From an uncultured bacterium (GTDB lineage Bacteria > Patescibacteriota > Minisyncoccia > UBA6257 > 2-01-FULL-56-20): DNA of 64,000 nt. The notes beneath the pieces were generated by a model, which did no database searches, had not been told where the DNA came from, and saw only the letters and a list, made by a program, of their open reading frames with translations. Within the stretch, counting starts at the first letter, position 1. Each line of letters starts with the position of its first letter. The translations under genes and the position numbers were made by a program. Shown piece after piece: positions 56,269 through 64,000 of this stretch. The stretch lies in assembly GCA_963696395.1 (NCBI GenBank), contig CAVOJZ010000002.1, forward strand, positions 431,317 to 495,316. Direction: 5' to 3'.

Positions 56269-57792
56269 TTATTCCTCACGAAGGCGATAACTGAACGCTT
56301 CGGCGAGCGCCTCTTCATCCACTGTGCCTTTTCCTTCGAGGTCGGCGATAGTTTGGGCGACTTTGAGAAGACGGAAATAACTTCTTGGCGAGAGCCTGGT
56401 TCGATCGAGCGTTTCAAGAAAATGTTCTGCGCCGGGCGTTACGGATATGAGCGACCGTGTATCGCGTGAGCTCATCTCAGAATTTGTTTTATCCATAGCA
56501 AACCGCTCACGTTGTGTGTCGCGGGCTTTTTGCACAGAGAGGCGGAGTTTTTCATTGAGTGTGTCGTCTCTATCCGCGCCGCGCAGCTCACGGATCGCCA
56601 CGCGGCCAATCGCCACATGGAGATCGATTCGATCAAGCAATGGCCCGGAAATTTTCTTTTGGTAACGCAACACTTCAAAGGCACTGCAAGAGCATTCGCG
56701 CTCGCGGTCGCCGTAATAACCACAAGGGCACGGGTTCATGGCGGCGACAAGCGTGAATTTCGCAGGGAATATAAGCCGGTTTTTGGCTCTTGAAACACCA
56801 ATAGCGCCCGATTCCATCGGTTGCCGCAATGCTTCAAGGGCATTTCTCTGAAACTCGGGGAACTCATCTAAGAATAAGACGCCACGATGAGCCAGGCTGA
56901 TTTCGCCGGGACGCGGATCCGGGCCGCCTCCGACAAGTGCCGTGACTGATGCTGTGTGATGAGGTGCGCGGAATGGACGCTCTTCGATCAAGCCGCGAGG
57001 TTGCATGCCGGCGGCGCTCCAAATTTTAGTAACATCAATCGCCTCCTGGTTCGTGAGCTTTGGCATGATTCCGGCAAGCGCCCGTGCAAGAAAACTTTTC
57101 CCAACCCCTGGCGGTCCTGTGAGTAGGACGTTGTGTGCTCCACTCGCCGCTATGACGAGCGCGCGCTTTGCGTTCTCTTGCCCTTTGATTTCAGAAAAAT
57201 CGGGGACAAATAATTGCTGACCTGGGTTATTCAAGCGAGTCGGTTTATGTGCGATTCGTTGAAGGCGACCCTCAAGAATCTCAATCCCCTCTCGCAAGCT
57301 TTCGAGCGCGATAATCGAGATGCCCGAAATTGCGGCAGCCTCGTCTGCATTTTCTTTCGGCAGGAATACATATTCAAATTTCAATTCAGCAGCTTTTTGC
57401 GCGATATTCAGAGCCCCAGCAATGGGGCGCAATCGACCATCGAGTGCCAGCTCGCCAACAAAAAGAATTTTTTCACCGTCAAATTTTCTGATCTGTACGG
57501 AAGCCAACAAATAACCAAGCGCAATCGCAAGGTCGTATTGGGAGCCGGTTTTCCGAAAATCTGCGGGCGCCAAGTTGATCGTTATCCGACGGTTCTCCCG
57601 GTTCGGCGGTTTGATGCCGGAATTTTTGATTGCAGAGTTTACTCTTTCTTTCGCTTCGGTGAGCGACCGATCTCCAAGACCAACAATTGAAAAATCATGC
57701 AGACCGACATTTATGTCCGCTTCAACCTCGATAATTTTTGCGTCGATTCCCTCGAGCTCCGCCGAATATAATCGTGCAGGATTTTTTGGCAT
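56269..57792 (-). CDS. comM: YifB/ComM Mg-chelatase-like AAA+ ATPase
   Basis: INLAPAD, GELALDG, GPPGVGKS, FRAPHHT, PGEISLAHRGVLFLDE, AMNPCPCG. Confidence 0.93.
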   Translation of the reverse strand: MPKNPARLYSAELEGIDAKIIEVEADINVGLHDFSIVGLGDRSLTEAKERVNSAIKNSGIKPPNRENRRITINLAPADFRKTGSQYDLAIALGYLLASVQIRKFDGEKILFVGELALDGRLRPIAGALNIAQKAAELKFEYVFLPKENADEAAAISGISIIALESLREGIEILEGRLQRIAHKPTRLNNPGQQLFVPDFSEIKGQENAKRALVIAASGAHNVLLTGPPGVGKSFLARALAGIMPKLTNQEAIDVTKIWSAAGMQPRGLIEERPFRAPHHTASVTALVGGGPDPRPGEISLAHRGVLFLDEFPEFQRNALEALRQPMESGAIGVSRAKNRLIFPAKFTLVAAMNPCPCGYYGDRERECSCSAFEVLRYQKKISGPLLDRIDLHVAIGRVAIRELRGADRDDTLNEKLRLSVQKARDTQRERFAMDKTNSEMSSRDTRSLISVTPGAEHFLETLDRTRLSPRSYFRLLKVAQTIADLEGKGTVDEEALAEAFSYRLREE

Positions 57793-57842
57793 CCTTAACA
57801 ATTACCAGATTCTTCATTAAACGAAGATTAAAAAATTTCAAT

Positions 57843-57880
57843 AAAAAAATGACGCAACCTAGTGGCTGCGTCATTTTTTT
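57843..57880 (-). terminator. Intrinsic terminator downstream of the dksA-like gene
   Basis: AAAAAAATGACGCA/TGCGTCATTTTTTT. Confidence 0.75.
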
Positions 57881-57886
57881 AACAAA

Positions 57887-58219
57887 CTACTTCCCTATCT
57901 TGTCTTTTTTGCAAAAGCGGGATTCCGGGTCAATGTCTAGAATTTCCTCCTCGATTTCCTCGCCGCACTTCTCGCAAATCCCGAATTTTCCAGCGCCGAA
58001 TTTTCCGAGCGCATTATCGATTTGTGCCAATCGATTTTTCAAATCTTCGACAAGGGCGAGTTGGTTCCCGACCTCTTCTGAAGTGTCAGACTCTTCCTCG
58101 AAGCGAACAATGTCGACTCCAAGATCAACCGGTTTTTCATTGCGCTTAATTTCGCCGTTCACGATCATGCGCTCCTTCTCGAGCTTCTTTTTATATTCGT
58201 TTAATTTTTCGTTTGTCAT
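57887..58219 (-). CDS. TraR/DksA family protein
   Basis: Coiled coil, IDNALGK, FGICEKCGEEI...PESRFC. Confidence 0.85.
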   Translation of the reverse strand: MTNEKLNEYKKKLEKERMIVNGEIKRNEKPVDLGVDIVRFEEESDTSEEVGNQLALVEDLKNRLAQIDNALGKFGAGKFGICEKCGEEIEEEILDIDPESRFCKKDKIGK

Positions 58220-58246
58220 AATGCTAAAGATATCCTAAAAGTCTAG

Positions 58247-58549
58247 AATCGGCAAATTGCCGGATTAATCCGGCAATCAATTATTAAATTCATTAAAATT
58301 GCCGGATTTGCCGGATTATTTATTAATAATTCTTTATTAATTATTTATTTAATCAAATAACCCGGTAAGCTATATTTTACCTACATTTTTTGCCTGACAA
58401 ACAAAATTGTTTGCCAAAAATGTTTGTCGCTAAACACATTAATAATTCAAATTGATTAAATTGATTAATAAGTATGTTTAGCGCTAAACACTCCATAAAT
58501 CAAAAATGAATTATGAGATGTTTGTCGCTAAACACATTAATAATTCAAA
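58247..58549. repeat. AT-rich block of two palindromic repeat families
   Basis: TTGCCGGATT family including a 22-bp palindrome at 58256-58277. TGTTT(G/A)(T/G)CGCTAAACA at 58421, 58475 and 58519. A 32-bp exact duplication at 58420-58451 and 58518-58549. Confidence 0.85.
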
Positions 58550-58558
58550 ATATTAAAA

Positions 58559-58948
58559 ATGGCTGAATTAAAACGAGAAATTGGGATTTTTGGTGAAAAA
58601 GTGGCTTCAAAATATTTAATTAATAAAGGATATGAAATTCTATATAGAAATTATAAAAAGAAATTTGGGGAAATTGATATTATCGTAAGATCAAAGGAGG
58701 GCATTTTAATATTTTGCGAAGTCAAAACAATGAGAGAAAAGCCAGGATTTCCCGCTTGTCTTATTCCTGAAGATAATGTAACTTCCCAAAAAGCTCAGAA
58801 AATGAGGCGAGCCGCCCAGTTTTTCGCCTCGAAGTATCCAGATCTTATTTATGAAGAAAAAGGGTGGCAAATTGATTTGCTAGCTATTGTTCTTGATTCA
58901 GAAGATAAAGCTGTTAAACAAATTAGACATTATGAAAATATTCTATGA
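58559..58948 (+). CDS. yraN: YraN family (UPF0102) PD-(D/E)xK endonuclease
   Basis: GIFGEKVASKYLINKGYEILYRNY, GEIDII, FCEVK. Confidence 0.92.
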   Translation: MAELKREIGIFGEKVASKYLINKGYEILYRNYKKKFGEIDIIVRSKEGILIFCEVKTMREKPGFPACLIPEDNVTSQKAQKMRRAAQFFASKYPDLIYEEKGWQIDLLAIVLDSEDKAVKQIRHYENIL

Positions 58949-58955
58949 AAAATCC

Positions 58956-59015
58956 TTGACAGAACTCCCCGCGCTGACTTATAGTGATACTTACGAGCCG
59001 CTTCAAAGCGGCTTT
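58956..59015 (+). promoter_or_regulatory. nusA promoter and 5' leader hairpin
   Basis: TTGACA-18-TATAGT, then hairpin GAGCCGCT-TCAA-AGCGGCTT. Confidence 0.6.
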
Positions 59016-59057
59016 AACTTTACCTGAATAAAAATTTAATAAAAACTTAATAAAAAA

Positions 59058-60287
59058 ATGTTGAATATAAAAGAACTCACCAAGGCGTTAAAGCAGGTTT
59101 CAGAAGAAAAAGGACTTGAACCGGACAAGGTTCTTGAGGTGATTGAATCATCCATCGCCGCTGCGTACAAAAAAGAGTACGGCGAAAGAGGGGAGATGGT
59201 GAAATGTAATGTTGATCAAAAGACAGGAGAGCTCAAGTTCTGGCAGATAAAAAAGATCGTGGATGAAACCACGGTTCGGTTTATTGAAGAAGGAGAGGAG
59301 GTTGTTGAGGGCGAACATGATTCCCGCCCTGCGGCTGGAGCGAACGAAGAGCCAAAATTGCCACGCTACAATCCGGAACGGGATATTACTATTGAAGAAG
59401 CAAAAAAAATAAAGAAAGATGCAAAAGTCGGCGATGAGCTTTCGTTCCCGCTTGAAACCCACGAAGACTTCGGAAGAATTGCAGCGCAAACGGCAAAGCA
59501 GGTTATTCTACAGAAGCTGCGCGAATCAGAACGAGATTCCATATTGAATGAATGGCGGGGGAGAGAGGGCCAGATTGTGAGCGGCGTAATCCAACGATTC
59601 GAACGCGGGAATATTTTTATTGACCTCGGAAGAACTATCGGCGTTATGTTTGCAAATGAATCGATCCCCGGAGAGCATTATCGTTCGGGTGAGCGATTGC
59701 GATTCCTTGTGCTTGCCGTGCAAGAGGACACTCGCTTGCCGGGCATCATCCTTTCGCGATCGCATCCAAAGTTTGTCATGGAACTTTTCCGCATGGAAGT
59801 TCCGGAGCTCATGGAAGATTCAATCGAGATCAAATCTATCGCTCGTGAACCCGGGAACAGGACGAAAGTTGCCGCCGCATCGAAGACCGAAGGCGTTGAT
59901 CCGGTCGGCGCACTTGTCGGCCAACGGGGAACGCGTGTTATGGCGGTGAACAATGAACTTGGCAATGAAAAGATCGATATTGCCGAATGGTCCGAAGATC
60001 CGGAAAAATTTATTGCGAATGCGCTTTCGCCGGCGAAGGTTGAACGCGTTGAGATTTTGCCGCGCCGCGAAGCGAGGGCGTTCGTTCCCGAAAATCAGTT
60101 GAGTCTCGCGATCGGCAAAGGCGGCCAGAACGTGCGCCTTGCGGCAAAGCTCACCGGTTGGAAAATAGACGTCCGTTCGCAAACAGATCCTGAGTCTGTG
60201 CAGGAGGGCGGAATCGCCGCAAGCACCGGAGAATCGGATCAGATCGCAGCGCCGGAAGCCGAGGAGCACGAAGATATTGCGTTATAA
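59058..60287 (+). CDS. nusA: Transcription termination factor NusA
   Basis: FGRIAAQTAKQVI, EVPE, AREPGNRTK, DPVGALVG, SLAIGKGGQNVRLA. Confidence 0.97.
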   Translation: MLNIKELTKALKQVSEEKGLEPDKVLEVIESSIAAAYKKEYGERGEMVKCNVDQKTGELKFWQIKKIVDETTVRFIEEGEEVVEGEHDSRPAAGANEEPKLPRYNPERDITIEEAKKIKKDAKVGDELSFPLETHEDFGRIAAQTAKQVILQKLRESERDSILNEWRGREGQIVSGVIQRFERGNIFIDLGRTIGVMFANESIPGEHYRSGERLRFLVLAVQEDTRLPGIILSRSHPKFVMELFRMEVPELMEDSIEIKSIAREPGNRTKVAAASKTEGVDPVGALVGQRGTRVMAVNNELGNEKIDIAEWSEDPEKFIANALSPAKVERVEILPRREARAFVPENQLSLAIGKGGQNVRLAAKLTGWKIDVRSQTDPESVQEGGIAASTGESDQIAAPEAEEHEDIAL

Positions 60288-60315
60288 AACAAGAGAGATT
60301 TACAATACTATTACT

Positions 60316-60858
60316 ATGAACAAAAACAGCCCGTGGGAAAATGTTCCGGTTGGTGAGAAGGCGCCTGAGATTGTGAATGTCATCATAGACATTCCAAAAG
60401 GGAGCCAGAACAAATATGAATACGACGAAACGCTCGGCGTATTCAAGCTTGATCGTGTTCTTTATACACCATTTCACTTCCCATTGGATTACGGTTTTAT
60501 CCCGGCGACACGTTCCGAAGACGGCGACCACCTCGACGCATTCGTGATCGGCAGCGATCCCGTGCCGATGGGTTGCGTTGTGGAGATTCGCCCGATCGGA
60601 CTCATTAAGATGATTGATTCCGGCGAGCCGGATTTCAAGGTGGTTGGCGTGCAGGCAAGAAATCCGCGATTCGATACGATTAAAGACCTTAAGGATCTTG
60701 AGATAATCATGCCCCATCTCATGAAAGAAACGACGCACTTCCTTTCTCACTATAAGGACTTACAAAACAAAAAAGTTGAGATTCAAGGGTGGGATGATGC
60801 GGCGGCGGCAAAAGCTGAAATCGAAAAAGCCGAGAAAGCATACTCGGAAGAAAAATAA
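60316..60858 (+). CDS. ppa: Inorganic pyrophosphatase (family I)
   Basis: [33 protein letters not shown]. Confidence 0.95.
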   Translation: MNKNSPWENVPVGEKAPEIVNVIIDIPKGSQNKYEYDETLGVFKLDRVLYTPFHFPLDYGFIPATRSEDGDHLDAFVIGSDPVPMGCVVEIRPIGLIKMIDSGEPDFKVVGVQARNPRFDTIKDLKDLEIIMPHLMKETTHFLSHYKDLQNKKVEIQGWDDAAAAKAEIEKAEKAYSEEK

Positions 60859-60883
60859 TTTCATTAAAATTGTATTAAATCAT

Positions 60884-61483
60884 ATGGATACAGAAAACCA
60901 GTATCTCATCCCAACAGTTATAGAAAAGTCGCAGAACGGCGAGCGGGCTTACGATATTTACTCGCGCCTTCTCAAGGAGCGAATTATCTTTTTGGGCGGA
61001 CCGGTGAGCGACGCGGTTGCAAATACGGTTATCGCACAGCTTTTGTTCCTTGATCACGAAGATCAGAAGAAAGATATTAGGTTATACATCAACAGTCCCG
61101 GCGGTTCGGTTACGGCGGGCATGGCAATCTACGACACAATGCAGTTTGTGAAGTCGGATGTGTCAACGGTTTCGATCGGTGTTGCCGCCTCAATGGGAGC
61201 GTTCCTCCTTGCTGCGGGGAAAAAAGGAAAACGATTTGCCTTGCCGAATGCGGAAATCTTGTTGCACCAGGTGGCCGTTGATTCCATCGGTGGACAGGCG
61301 ACGGAAATTGAAATTTCTGCGCGGCAAATTTTGAAGACCAAACAGAGATTAAACCAGTTGCTCGCAAAGCATACCGGGCAGACGCTTGCCAAAGTTGAGA
61401 AAGATACCGAGCGCGATTTCTGGCTTTCCGTGGAAGAGGCAAAGGCGTACGGTGTTATCGATGAGATTATCAAAAAGTCTTAA
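60884..61483 (+). CDS. clpP: ATP-dependent Clp protease proteolytic subunit
   Basis: [19 protein letters not shown]; catalytic triad in AASMG, LHQ and ERD. Confidence 0.97.
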   Translation: MDTENQYLIPTVIEKSQNGERAYDIYSRLLKERIIFLGGPVSDAVANTVIAQLLFLDHEDQKKDIRLYINSPGGSVTAGMAIYDTMQFVKSDVSTVSIGVAASMGAFLLAAGKKGKRFALPNAEILLHQVAVDSIGGQATEIEISARQILKTKQRLNQLLAKHTGQTLAKVEKDTERDFWLSVEEAKAYGVIDEIIKKS

Positions 61484-61486
61484 GAG

Positions 61487-61512
61487 AAGCCCCGACAAGT
61501 GTCGGGGCTTTT
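61487..61512. terminator. Intrinsic terminator
   Basis: AAGCCCCGACA/TGTCGGGGCTT. Confidence 0.75.
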
Positions 61513-61526
61513 AAATTGCAAAAATG

Positions 61527-61793
61527 TTAACAAGGTTTGCGAGGGCAAACAGTAGATTCCTTGATGAAGAATTCGGCAGAACAACTTTTGGAGCCGCAGA
61601 TTACAGGGATGAGACCTGCTACCTGTTGCATGTCGATCGCCCCAAGGGTTCCGCATGATGGACAGGCGAGAACTGCCACGTATACACCGAGCCTTTTTTC
61701 TACTTCATCGGGCTTGAGTTCGAGCGGGAAATAGTCGCCGGGACGCATTTGCTCGGGGATCCATTCGGTTATTATTTCGAGATTTTCCACCAT
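61527..61793 (-). CDS. Small Zn-binding hypothetical protein
   Basis: GGAGG SD before ATG 61793; ACPSCG...ICGSKSC. Confidence 0.65.
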   Translation of the reverse strand: MVENLEIITEWIPEQMRPGDYFPLELKPDEVEKRLGVYVAVLACPSCGTLGAIDMQQVAGLIPVICGSKSCSAEFFIKESTVCPRKPC

Positions 61794-61865
61794 GGCGCCT
61801 CCTCGGTTTTTAGAAGTGGGCATCAACGTTCTATTCTTATTATATCAGTGGTAGAATACATAACA

Positions 61866-63053
61866 ATGGAGAAGGATAAAATTAAGATTCAATCTCTTTT
61901 TGTCCGCAACGTCGAGGATGCGATTGACCGCAAACATCTCGAGGTGGCGTTGGCATCCGGGAAAAAACTTCGCGTCAAATTCGGGATCGATCCCACGGGA
62001 GACAAGATCCATATCGGTCGGGCTGTCGCGCTATGGAAATTGCGAGAGTTTCAGGATTTGGGCCACAAAGTGATCTTGATTATCGGAGATTTCACTGCGC
62101 AAATAGGGGATCCTTCCGACAAGCTGGAGAAGCGGCCGTTTCTGTCAAAGGAGCAAGTTAAGAAAAACCTTCAAAACTACCTTGCTCAAATCGGCAAGAT
62201 TCTCGATCTTAAAAAAACGGAAGTCCGCTACAATAGCGATTGGCTTTCGAAGCTTAATCTGCGTGAGATATCGGAATTGGCGGAAATATTCACATTCCAG
62301 CAGATTCTCGAGCGGCGGAATTTTCATGAAAGGCTCGAAAAACATCAGGAAATCAGCTATCGCGAAGGGTTGTATCCTTTAATGCAGGGATATGATTCGG
62401 TCGCCGTAAAGGCGGATGTTGAAATTGGAGGCACCGATCAGCTCTTTAATTTGCTTGCCGGCAGGAAAATCCAGGAACATTACGGAGAGAAACCTCAGGA
62501 CGTGTTGACGACAAAAATGATCGTCGGCCTCGACGGCAGAAAGATGTCCACAAGCTGGGGCAACGTCATCAACATTGCCGATGAGGCAGATGAACAATTC
62601 GGGAAAGTTATGTCGCTCCATGATGATCTGATCGTGGAATATTTCGAGGCGGCGACGGATGCGACCGATGAAGAAATCGAAGTGATCAAGAAAGATCTAA
62701 CAAAAGGAGCCAACCCCAAAAATATCAAGGAAAAGCTGGCCTGCCGGCTCGTTGAGCGATATCATGGCAAGCAGAAAGCTCTCGAAGCCCAAAAGAAATT
62801 CGAGCAACTATTTTCAAAAAAAGAGACGCCGGACGATGTGCCGGAACTAAAAGTGAAGAAAGGCGAGCAGTCCGTTTTAGATATCCTGGTTGCGGCCGGC
62901 ATAAAGAGCAAAAGTGAGGCGCGACGACTCGTTGAGCAGGGAGGTTTCGACATTGATGGCAGGCCGGAAAAAGATCCGGCGGCAAAAATTATCCTCAAGG
63001 GTGGAGAAATCTTAAAAGTGGGCAAAAAGCGCTTTTTTAAAGCAATTATTTAA
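61866..63053 (+). CDS. tyrS: Tyrosine--tRNA ligase
   Basis: KFGIDPT, HIGR, YPLMQGYDS, GGTDQLFN, KMSTS and a C-terminal S4 domain. Confidence 0.97.
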   Translation: MEKDKIKIQSLFVRNVEDAIDRKHLEVALASGKKLRVKFGIDPTGDKIHIGRAVALWKLREFQDLGHKVILIIGDFTAQIGDPSDKLEKRPFLSKEQVKKNLQNYLAQIGKILDLKKTEVRYNSDWLSKLNLREISELAEIFTFQQILERRNFHERLEKHQEISYREGLYPLMQGYDSVAVKADVEIGGTDQLFNLLAGRKIQEHYGEKPQDVLTTKMIVGLDGRKMSTSWGNVINIADEADEQFGKVMSLHDDLIVEYFEAATDATDEEIEVIKKDLTKGANPKNIKEKLACRLVERYHGKQKALEAQKKFEQLFSKKETPDDVPELKVKKGEQSVLDILVAAGIKSKSEARRLVEQGGFDIDGRPEKDPAAKIILKGGEILKVGKKRFFKAII

Positions 63054-63322
63054 AGTTATCCACAGGTTTTATTGGAGATATCCAGAGAAGTGTTATAGTT
63101 ATATCAGAAATAATCCTTGTCATCCTAATACCTCCCTCAACTGCTCCCTGTGAGCGGTACCAAAAATAATTACTATTCTTTTTATTCGCACTCATAAAAC
63201 GCGAAACAGCCGACCCCAACACAAAAGCCCATCTACCCGATGGGCTTTAACTTTTGATTTTATTTGATCGGCGATGTATAACAGTAGGCAGCAATTTAGG
63301 ATCTTAATTTGGGAGGTAGGGT

Positions 63323-64000
63323 ATGCCGCGAGCGGTTCCGGTGACGTACGCCGATTTTTTAAAGATCGAAGCGGAGTTAACTTCAAAACGAATGCGCTTT
63401 GTGGAGATTGATCGCCAGGAAGTCGCCACTATCATTGTTGCCCACGGCCTGGTTCCCCCGCGGAAAATCATCCGTCCCGGAGAAATCGGGTTCAGATATA
63501 CCGAAAACGGCTACACCATTAAAGTGTGGACAAGTTGTCTGCGCCGGGTGGTTGAACAATGCCGGGCAGAGCCGCTTTTGTCGCAAAATGTGACTGTGGG
63601 TCGTCCGACGAGTAAAGACGCCGGATGGATCGTTGTTGTTGATTCGACCGATCAATCGCAGTACTTTGCGAGGAAGACCCATCGTACCAAGGGATTTGTA
63701 GAAACCCTGCTTCGACGGGTCTGGATCACTCAATTTAAAGTGCGCAACCGTCCTCTTTGCAAGACGTGCGGAAAGTTCATGAAAATTTTCGTGCAAGATG
63801 ACGGCGGAACTTTCTGGGCATGCTTCCGAAAGGGGCTTCATGACGACGGGAATCCAAGGTGGGAGGACTGGGATTGTGGATTACCGCCTCGTGCGCGGCG
63901 GTATGCAAAAGCATGGCGAAAGCCCGCCGAGAGGAATCGGAAGAAAGTAAAGATTTCAACCGGGCAGAAACCAAGGCGCGCGTGCACAATCCGAAAAGGA
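63323..64000 (+). CDS. Hypothetical protein with a Zn-finger-like motif, 3'-truncated by the window edge (not in the ORF track)
   Basis: GGGAGG SD, ATG 63323 and 226 open codons: MPRAVPVTYADF...KVWTSC...RPLCKTCGKFM...WACFRKGLH. Confidence 0.75.
   Translation, partial: MPRAVPVTYADFLKIEAELTSKRMRFVEIDRQEVATIIVAHGLVPPRKIIRPGEIGFRYTENGYTIKVWTSCLRRVVEQCRAEPLLSQNVTVGRPTSKDAGWIVVVDSTDQSQYFARKTHRTKGFVETLLRRVWITQFKVRNRPLCKTCGKFMKIFVQDDGGTFWACFRKGLHDDGNPRWEDWDCGLPPRARRYAKAWRKPAERNRKKVKISTGQKPRRACTIRKG

Noticed and set aside
58420-58549. CRISPR mini-array interpretation of the three 16-bp repeats
   Set aside because: Repeats are too short, spacing is uneven (54 and 44 bp), intervening sequence is partly duplicated and no cas genes are present; kept as a non-CRISPR repeat finding
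63383-63989. Minus-strand ORFs 63383-63841 and 63777-63989
   Set aside because: A longer SD-led plus-strand frame from 63323 runs off the window end and explains the region

Overview
Chromosomal window around the replication origin of a reduced-genome bacterium, most likely Patescibacteria (CPR, Parcubacteria-like). The taxonomy is inferred from gene content: a short YebC, a stand-alone 5'-3' exonuclease, a PrgI/VirB4/pilin cluster and near-absent Shine-Dalgarno sites. Genetic code 11. The left end (1-~4300) is the right end of an integrated element. Its large serine recombinase reads antisense into the 3' end of the tmRNA gene, and it carries small Zn-finger and secreted ORFs and two structured RNA leaders. 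Housekeeping genes follow: infC-rpmI-rplT, NUDIX, PolX, a membrane-anchored Clp ATPase operon, UDG, ArsR/SRPBCC, ddl, tRNA-Arg(CCG), murE, ruvA/B/C, rpsT, holA, pyrG, an orphan histidine kinase, tsaE, pilB, yebC and a class A PBP. Next come dnaN-oriC-dnaA-rpmH-rnpA-yidC-jag and a 12-kb relaxase-less type IV secretion-like cluster. The right end has rsmA, uvrD, a LysM/M23 peptidase, comM, a dksA-like gene, a palindromic repeat block before yraN, nusA, ppa, clpP and tyrS. The best leads are a membrane-anchored Hsp100 with a degenerate first ATPase ring, an unannotated ~180-nt structured RNA, the tmRNA-associated serine recombinase with its C4/CI-like RNAs, the T4SS-like cluster with an internal VirB5-like motif, the yraN repeat block, and pervasive leaderless transcription. 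All calls were made by eye; no searches were run.
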